A DNA stretch of 64,000 bases from Pirellula sp. (GTDB taxonomy: Bacteria; Planctomycetota; Planctomycetia; Pirellulales; Pirellulaceae), in contig JBKDKR010000092.1 of assembly GCA_046344995.1 (NCBI GenBank), positions 27,396-91,395 of the forward strand. The letters run 5' to 3'. The notes under the pieces were generated by a model that had not been told where the DNA came from, made no database searches, and saw nothing but the letters and a program-made list of their open reading frames with translations. Made by a program: the position numbers and the translations under genes. Below, in pieces: positions 58,201 through 64,000 of the stretch. Each line of letters begins with the position of its first letter. Within the stretch, counting starts at the first letter, position 1.

Positions 58201-59670
58201 GTATTTGCCACTCCGCAACCGTGTCGCCTTGGTACCCGGCATGATCTTTAGATCATCGATATCGGTCTTGGTACCCGATTCATCGACACTTACCAAGCGA
58301 ACTTGGACATTAGCCTCGGAATCGATGACTAATTGCCCTTTACTGGTCTCAATCACAAAGAGAATTCCACCCAATGCCATCCCACCGAAACAAGCGGCCG
58401 CGATCCATTTTCCCCAACCACCAAATCGCGAACGACTTGGCGAAAGCTTGGGCGCAATAGATGGTTCCTCAACCAAGCCTCGTTGCCAAAGTGGGTTCCA
58501 GTTCATATCCGATTCGTCTCGAATAGGATTGCTCTTTGCTCTTTGCAAAAGACCGATCAAATCCGCATCGCTGGCATAAGGTTCCAGTAGCTCGGCGGCA
58601 TGAATCGCACTGGCAGGTCGCAGGGCTGGATCTCGTGAGAGCATGGAGTCAACGATGTCACCTAGTCCACTCGGTGCATCGGGGCGCAACGATCGCAAAC
58701 GAGGTGGCTTGTGACTGCCGAGCAATCGCCGTTTCTCAAGGGGTGTCAAATTCGGAGCGGCAGCTAGTGGAGCGCGGCCCGTGAGCAGCCGGAATAGCGT
58801 TGCTCCTAGCGAATATAAATCGGCTCGGTAATCCACCGCGCCACCTCGTTCGGCTTGTTCGGGTGCCATGTAATCGAGGGTCCCCATCAATTGACCCACC
58901 GTCGTAATCTCGGCGGATCCTGAGTCCCAAAAGCTGATTTGAGCTAGCCCGAAGTCCAATATGCGAACTTGTCCATTGCAATCGAGCATCAAATTGGATG
59001 GCTTCACATCGCGATGCACGATTCCCTTTTCGTGCGCATGAGCTAATCCCATGGCGGTTTGTTTGATCAGCTCACACGCGTCCGCGGTGGTGAGTTTTCC
59101 TTCGGCACGTGCGATATGACTTAGGTTGAGTCCATCGATCACATCCATGACGAGATAGTGGATCCCGTCTTGTTGGCCCGCATCGGTGGTCCGCACAATG
59201 GCGGGTGCATCGAGTTTGCCAGCCGCACGCATTTCGCGTTGAAAGCGAGCGACAAATTCTGCGTTCTGCGATGGCAAGGCTGGCAATAGTTTTAATGCTA
59301 CCTTTTTATCGAGGCTTTGATGGCGAGCTAGATAGACCGCTCCCATGCCGCCACTGCCGAGTAGCGAAAGCAATTCGTATTGCCCCAACTGCTTAGGGAT
59401 ACCATTTCGGAGCGAAGAGGTTGGCGGTTCCGAAGCGGGAGTCGAGTTAACGATCGGCAGCGAAGCGTTCAGCTCGGACGAATCGGGGGTATGAGGTTGT
59501 TTGAGAATTTCTACGAGTGTATCGGGTTCCGCTTCGAGAGCGATAACGGTTTGTTCGCAATCTTGGCAAGCGAGCAAATGTTCCGAGAGAGAATCATAGC
59601 CATCTTGTTCGAGCAGTCCTGCTAGATAGGCTTTGATTTGTTCAGGTGGTGGGCAGCGATTCTCTTTCAT
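55246..59670 (-). CDS. ZAS anti-sigma finger + Ser/Thr kinase + TM + duplicated helical region + Poly_export-like domain
   Basis: HLLACQDC; LGSGGMG, HRDVKPSN, DFG; TM; IQPGDTLSIFV...IFVPNLG...LEQLKKEI. Confidence 0.9.
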   Translation of the reverse strand: MKENRCPPPEQIKAYLAGLLEQDGYDSLSEHLLACQDCEQTVIALEAEPDTLVEILKQPHTPDSSELNASLPIVNSTPASEPPTSSLRNGIPKQLGQYELLSLLGSGGMGAVYLARHQSLDKKVALKLLPALPSQNAEFVARFQREMRAAGKLDAPAIVRTTDAGQQDGIHYLVMDVIDGLNLSHIARAEGKLTTADACELIKQTAMGLAHAHEKGIVHRDVKPSNLMLDCNGQVRILDFGLAQISFWDSGSAEITTVGQLMGTLDYMAPEQAERGGAVDYRADLYSLGATLFRLLTGRAPLAAAPNLTPLEKRRLLGSHKPPRLRSLRPDAPSGLGDIVDSMLSRDPALRPASAIHAAELLEPYASDADLIGLLQRAKSNPIRDESDMNWNPLWQRGLVEEPSIAPKLSPSRSRFGGWGKWIAAACFGGMALGGILFVIETSKGQLVIDSEANVQVRLVSVDESGTKTDIDDLKIMPGTKATRLRSGKYEIVLEGASDSFVVHNGSFSIKNGEVIVATVTKKDSKNEVTSPTVDTVKETSSDPRLTGIVYEGKSLREWLEIIRYERSVSELEKAITALSQIAEPSVDDLISVPITDLILRKPSFFRLSVYILYHCNPDRYVERLADFLDRNPVIVNTSDTLRSLSSVMYFSTSGAKQPFERLYPYLERSVQSAGLDQRLDVAFTLRSLACVSGQSPIPKEFQEKVVEILGRCKELNNESFWFRTTSPLGGNAESFGEVLASETVRRVLASLSDAETSKEEIALALLMMRKLIEDGYMLSQEETAKLVESLSPLLGVPASTLPVVDVFSFSEDCFLPKWSTGFLASTGPFFHTKSNGHKERNVRVDSTILALNLIDSAKLQEQMKPQLLRLLEELDATRLFGKTLFELTTRAPNYDWLAIAVDAPTEFNQLLLRQLVYGQVAATLGQDNAAIFARFATMKKPDWDYQVAEYAKKIRAEDSDGLNRLKAFYNNNKDLQISELLESTLIEKGSADYLKAVIGHLHISLLSHVNGNQFPASLARVAEGLDKEARLALLYRDFSRLEDFRCDDPGAMEVLLKWCDEKLRDQASIMSNPDSEAIVDFLARLVFEQKNVSVECQQLIADRLESYSGLGAEDFWLKSPLYNPKLHESHFRSISYCEPMRLAVLRKAIQVLAAKDEYSDKLRCHAWIIVLHSYEDTSRLAPAVRDELRKSIESKLEQWAKNPEECLVMTPVDDAFEVVANRRLAELSLLSDSLDGLFQRFFRGVFPSMVDELGVCEIGLANSYLLRLKADELFVPSLSCQTAIQALHEKSELMGRDLINCNVLASLFKLSRVQVNTTPTVKQIPALVNHLIYVQTGTLLGMDANELADRPYKLYEQDQERLARFIQPGDTLSIFVSGLASGEPPVIQAGTRTPIAGFPVIVSQESTIFVPNLGTFDTKDKDLEQLKKEIVDKAQPLQKLNAQQHVGQVNVAFLLRHNQQLELRNVTGTAAAK

Positions 59671-59753
59671 TTTTCTTTCCTCGAGTCACTATGTTAACCG
59701 GAAAATCCGACAATAATGAAATCGAATCGAGTGTGACACGATGTTTTAGACCC

Positions 59754-59829
59754 TAACCCGCAGCGTGAGCGAGGGATGACTGGCTTGGGATCGTCGCTAT
59801 AAATCCCCCGCCCACGCTTAGAGCTTGTG
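59754..59829. repeat. REPIN-like pair of the CCCG-AGCG-GAGCGAGGGAT family
   Basis: TAACCCGCAGCGTGAGCGAGGGAT and a degenerate reverse copy at 59803-59829. Confidence 0.65.
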
Positions 59830-59926
59830 ATTGGTATACTCACAGCCGCCGACGAGAATTACGACTCTCGAGTCAAAGGCCTTCACCCCATCAGCGACAA
59901 TCATCCCTTTCTTGAGAGCCCCCCAA

Positions 59927-60511
59927 GTGCCAATTTCCAGCACCACCAATCAGAGCCTCATCTCCCGCATTCGGCAGGAAGATGGAACGGCCTGGACTGA
60001 GCTGGTGGCTTTGTACGGTCCTCTCGTTCATTACTGGCTTCGTCGACAAGGAGTCTCTCAGCAAGATATTCCTGATCTCGCGCAAGAGATCTTCTTTGCT
60101 GTTTCCCGTTCCATCGAGCGCTATCAACCAACTGGAACGAGCGGCAGCTTTCGAGCTTGGCTCTGGTCTCTTTCACGCAACAAAATGATCGATGCGTTTC
60201 GCCGACATTCGAAAGCTCCTGAGGCTCGCGGCGGGAGTACGGCCATGATTTACTCACAAAACATTCCGGATCAGATCGACGAAAACGATTCGTCCGAGCA
60301 GACCGAATATCGATCGTTGGTTCACCGAGCTATGAACCAAGTGCGTAGTGAATTCGAAGCCAGATCGTGGCAAGCGTTTTGGCGAACGACTGTTGATGGT
60401 ATAGGAGTTGATCAAGTAGCGGAGGAGTTGCAAATGAGCAAAGCGACCATAAGGCAACATCGCTCCCGTGTGCTCAGGCGATTAAGGCAGCAATTGGGGG
60501 AGATCGAGTAG
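59927..60511 (+). CDS. ECF sigma-70 factor (planctomycete kinase-associated type); ORF open from 59831
   Basis: STTNQSL...AWTELVALYGP...DLAQE...FRAWL...FWRT...VRQ-like HRSRVLRRLR. Confidence 0.9.
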   Translation: MPISSTTNQSLISRIRQEDGTAWTELVALYGPLVHYWLRRQGVSQQDIPDLAQEIFFAVSRSIERYQPTGTSGSFRAWLWSLSRNKMIDAFRRHSKAPEARGGSTAMIYSQNIPDQIDENDSSEQTEYRSLVHRAMNQVRSEFEARSWQAFWRTTVDGIGVDQVAEELQMSKATIRQHRSRVLRRLRQQLGEIE

Positions 60512-60513
60512 CC

Positions 60514-61026
60514 ATGATCAGCACTCGATCGTTGGGTTTGATTTTGATTGCGATGTTAGTGATCGCAAACGGAGTTGGCTTAACGCTGCATTGGTACTAT
60601 TGGGAACGATTGCCCGAACAAGTGGCTACACATTTTGATGCCAAAGGTCAGCCTGGGAACTTTGCACCGAAGTGGCAAGCAACCTTGTTATTGGCGGGAG
60701 TCGAGGTTGGGTTGTCCTGGTTTATGGTTCTTATTGGCATGGCCATGTTTTACATTCCAAATGGTATGATCAACATTCCCAATCGCAACTATTGGTTAGC
60801 CGGAATGCGTCGGAGTGAAACATTGAGTTTCATGCGAGTCGTGCTCAATGGGATTGGACTCTTGACAGCATTGTTTCTGATGGTGATTTCTTATTCGATA
60901 TTCATTGCGAATCGGGATGGCAAACCGCTCGACAGCGTAATCTTCTGGAGTAGTTTCATTGGCTACATGGGATCGATGATTGCCATCGTGATCATGTTGC
61001 AGTTACGTTTTCGATTGCCTAAATGA
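60514..61026 (+). CDS. DUF1648-domain membrane protein
   Basis: LPEQVATHFDAKGQP; NIPNRNYW; 4 TMs. Confidence 0.8.
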   Translation: MISTRSLGLILIAMLVIANGVGLTLHWYYWERLPEQVATHFDAKGQPGNFAPKWQATLLLAGVEVGLSWFMVLIGMAMFYIPNGMINIPNRNYWLAGMRRSETLSFMRVVLNGIGLLTALFLMVISYSIFIANRDGKPLDSVIFWSSFIGYMGSMIAIVIMLQLRFRLPK

Positions 61027-61127
61027 AGGGCATTAAATGCACCGCTCCGCATTGCTCTTCCACAAAAAATGGTAGACTTGATTACAAAATTGCGAGGGAC
61101 TTTAATGAAAATAGACTGGGGTGTTTA

Positions 61128-62141
61128 ATGTTTTACACGGATTGCATTTCCTCGAAAACTTTTCCGGCAGGAGATATCCCCAAGTGGGTGGCGGAAGTTG
61201 AAAACAAACTCAAGTCTGTTCGCCGATACGAGCAGCTCTGCAGTTTTCGTGCCAAATGGAGTTTGCAGGAACCTCCCACATTTCAATTTGTTGTACCTAC
61301 TCCTGTGAATTTCGATTGTTTTGATCCCAAGCGTCTCAATGATGTCGTGGAGGCCGTGTTCGTATCAAAATCAATGCCGTGCAAGCAAGGCGCGACGCAG
61401 TATTCGAGAATTCTTGACTACCTTAGTAGCTCGAAATGTAAAACTGCTCTTGTGAACTGCGATTTTGAGAACGAACACCCATTAATGATGCTCAATATCG
61501 CCAATGGTATTCAAGGTACATTTCATCCGTTTTCGTCGCTAGACAAACTATCTCCCGAGGAAGTGTGTCAGATCCTAAATGATAGAATGGGGGCAATCGC
61601 ATCCATCGCCAACTTTGAACCTTCCTACGTTGTAGAGGGAACTGCCGTCAGGTGGAAAGGAGGGACAAGTGACGTCGTTCAAGTATTTCCACCATTTCTA
61701 CAAGATGAAAAGGGAGACAGAGTCGACATAGTCATGCCCATGGAACGTTGTGCAGCCGTTTCGCAAGCTCATGCCAAGCTGATTTCCGATTCAGACACAA
61801 ATGTTGTAATTGAGGCCCGAGTGCTTGTTGAGACATCGCGGATCGAGGGGTATTTGAATGAAGGACCGTTCCGCGATGGGTGCTTCCATTTTCTGATCGA
61901 GGCACCTATTTCCAAACCGTTCCAAAAGTACTTGATGGGAACATCAAAGCCCATTGCGGGGTTTTGTCCCGCTTTTGAATATTTGGTGAAGGATGGTCCA
62001 TGTTTTCACATAGGCTTTTTAGCCAGCGATGATCTAGCGCAGTGCGTTGTCGGGATTGTCGACGAAGAGGAGCCATGGGACGCAGAGGTCTTTAGAGCGT
62101 TCACCAAAGACGCCGGATTAAGCCCCATTTTCCCAACCTAG
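61128..62141 (+). CDS. Hypothetical protein (ORFan-like); ORF open from 61023
   Basis: Long ORF, no recognised family; C-terminal half resembles the next gene. Confidence 0.7.
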   Translation: MFYTDCISSKTFPAGDIPKWVAEVENKLKSVRRYEQLCSFRAKWSLQEPPTFQFVVPTPVNFDCFDPKRLNDVVEAVFVSKSMPCKQGATQYSRILDYLSSSKCKTALVNCDFENEHPLMMLNIANGIQGTFHPFSSLDKLSPEEVCQILNDRMGAIASIANFEPSYVVEGTAVRWKGGTSDVVQVFPPFLQDEKGDRVDIVMPMERCAAVSQAHAKLISDSDTNVVIEARVLVETSRIEGYLNEGPFRDGCFHFLIEAPISKPFQKYLMGTSKPIAGFCPAFEYLVKDGPCFHIGFLASDDLAQCVVGIVDEEEPWDAEVFRAFTKDAGLSPIFPT

Positions 62142-62157
62142 TCGAGGCACACAAGAC

Positions 62158-63198
62158 GTGAAAGAAGTTATTGCAACCAAACTCCTTGTTCATTCAATGC
62201 CATTTGCGACCAAGGACTTGGCTTCAGTTTTGACCAGGACGCGAAGCCGGTTGACTTCTGAAGATGGCTACTGCTTGGACTATGATTTTCTCGAGAACGA
62301 TCCATCAACCTATGTCTGCGGTGCTCTTGCGAATCTTCCCAACCTGGACCATATCAATGTTGACGACGATTCGGAACGACTCGACGTGTGGTACTATTCC
62401 AAGTTCATGCACACGAACGGAATGGGAAAAATATTTTCGAATTGGTCGACACTTAGTGATCGTTTTCTGTCCGAGCAACGAATTGAGAATGCATTTTTGA
62501 CGGTCGGATTTGTTTCGGAGTTTGATGACCTGGAATTGACGTATCGATCAACTGGGGATTCAGGTGCCGTCTACGATATCGACTTGAACCCAGGCGACGG
62601 GTTCATCGACGAACACGAAGAACTCAGCTGCGAGTATCTGAACCGATTGCTAGGGTTTCTTTCCTCTATTTCGCTTGATCGTTCAGAATTTGTGGTCGAT
62701 CCAAGCAATAAACGGCTGGAGTTCCGTGCGGATCCCAATAGTTCGATAACTCCGGTGGATGCCCAAGAACGATGGGCGTTTCCAGTACGAAGGTCTGAGT
62801 CTGCCAGTGCAGCTCAAGCACTGATGGCATATATTAGAAGCGTTGACAGTTATTGCAGACTTGGATGCCGATGGTCACTTACCAAGGAGCAATGGAAGCG
62901 AATCACTCTCGATGCTGGCCTACCGAGCGGGCACTACGCATTTCGCATCGACGGGATGCTCACGTCGGAAGCGAGGGACATTTTGTTGGTTGGACGGGAC
63001 GCATTTCACGGATTCCTACCAGTGTTGCGGTACCAAGTAACTGATGCGATTCCGCGGTTCGAACTGAACATCGGGGTAATCTGCGAGGGAGATCGCTCTT
63101 GCATGGTCCTCAGCGCAGGTGACGTAGACAATGACATCTACGAGGAAGAAAAAGTGCTGCTTAAGCGATTTGCCAGCATCATTCCCGGGAAACATTGA
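62158..63198 (+). CDS. Hypothetical protein (ORFan-like)
   Basis: 346-aa ORF with GTG start and a GAGG RBS-like motif. Confidence 0.7.
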   Translation: MKEVIATKLLVHSMPFATKDLASVLTRTRSRLTSEDGYCLDYDFLENDPSTYVCGALANLPNLDHINVDDDSERLDVWYYSKFMHTNGMGKIFSNWSTLSDRFLSEQRIENAFLTVGFVSEFDDLELTYRSTGDSGAVYDIDLNPGDGFIDEHEELSCEYLNRLLGFLSSISLDRSEFVVDPSNKRLEFRADPNSSITPVDAQERWAFPVRRSESASAAQALMAYIRSVDSYCRLGCRWSLTKEQWKRITLDAGLPSGHYAFRIDGMLTSEARDILLVGRDAFHGFLPVLRYQVTDAIPRFELNIGVICEGDRSCMVLSAGDVDNDIYEEEKVLLKRFASIIPGKH

Positions 63199-63269
63199 GT
63201 CAAAATGGACTCGTTGGGAACATACTGATTAATGCCATAAAACACCTTTATGCAATTGACGTGTCGAAT

Positions 63270-63563
63270 GGTGAGAAGCACATGAGCCGAGAGAACTACA
63301 ATACGGGTCGGGATTGGGGGGACAATGAGCCACTCTTTGGGGGCTTTAATAATGACAATCATCGCAGCGTGCATCCGTTTTGGCCGTTGATGCGCGATCG
63401 GCGAGGTGAGATGTCGATTGGAAGTTTCGGCTCAGCACATAGTGCTGGCGTGAATTTTGTGATGTGCGATGGTTCGGTGCAGTTGGTGCCGTATACGATT
63501 GATGTGCGAGTGTACCGGAATCTCGGTAACCGACGCGACGGGAATGTGATGGCCAAGTGGTGA
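63270..63563 (+). pseudogene. 3' fragment of a DUF1559 (planctomycete prepilin-like) gene
   Basis: GEKH...FGSAHSAGVNFVMCDGSV (H-X9-DG motif); N-terminal methylation motif absent. Confidence 0.8.
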
Positions 63564-63742
63564 CCGTTTAGCAAGCATTCACCTCGATATTGGCCCTGGT
63601 AGGCAAGTGTAGCCGGAGATAACCCGCGGGATAGTTGTATTGTTTCAACGATCGCGAAATCCTAGAATCGCCACTCGGCGTGCATAGCAGTGAATGCTGT
63701 CGAAGCCCAGGTTGACCATTTACTATGACAAGGAAAGTCGCG

Positions 63743-64000
63743 ATGAAGAGTTTTTTGGATGGTATCGCTCGGGGAACTCGACATATCGCATTGCAAAGTA
63801 AACTGGCCCGAATGACCCGACGATTTCAACATTGGTCAGGAGAGGATCAAGGTCGATTGGACTTCTACAGCCAATTCGCGGGTCCTGGCTCTCTAGTGTT
63901 TGATGTTGGGGCTAATGTTGGCAATCGCTCAAAGGTCTTTATAAAACTGGGAGCCAAGGTCGTTGGTGTTGAGCCTCAATCTTTTTGCGCAAACTTCCTA
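63743..64000 (+). CDS. FkbM-family SAM-dependent methyltransferase, 5' part (runs off the window)
   Basis: My translation: LVFDVGANVGN...VVGVEPQ; RBS AAGGAAAG. Confidence 0.85.
   Translation, partial: MKSFLDGIARGTRHIALQSKLARMTRRFQHWSGEDQGRLDFYSQFAGPGSLVFDVGANVGNRSKVFIKLGAKVVGVEPQSFCANFL

Overview
Planctomycete-like DNA, probably Pirellulaceae, judged from the DUF1559 relic, ECF-sigma/Ser-Thr kinase pair, RRM protein and Rhs style. Housekeeping-type blocks (gabD, rsmF-like operon, ctaA/ctaB, comM) alternate with three accessory zones. (1) A ~18.5 kb decayed island at tRNA-Ser(GGA): integrase relic, HigBA-like TA pair, hsdR tail, 1965-aa kinase-STAND protein, heavy-metal RND cluster, and msrP/reductase/IS4 debris. 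(2) A ~5 kb Rhs-toxin/poly-immunity cassette bracketed by intact comM and a 244-bp diverged comM copy that breaks at the Walker A codons. (3) A ZAS-kinase/ECF locus followed by two apparently paralogous ORFans and a DUF1559 relic. A RAYT-type HUH transposase sits among cognate REP/REPIN repeats with a non-GTAG foot, and at least four other REP-like families occur. A putative operon carries several apparent pseudoenzymes. All family calls come from motif recognition by eye; no searches were run.
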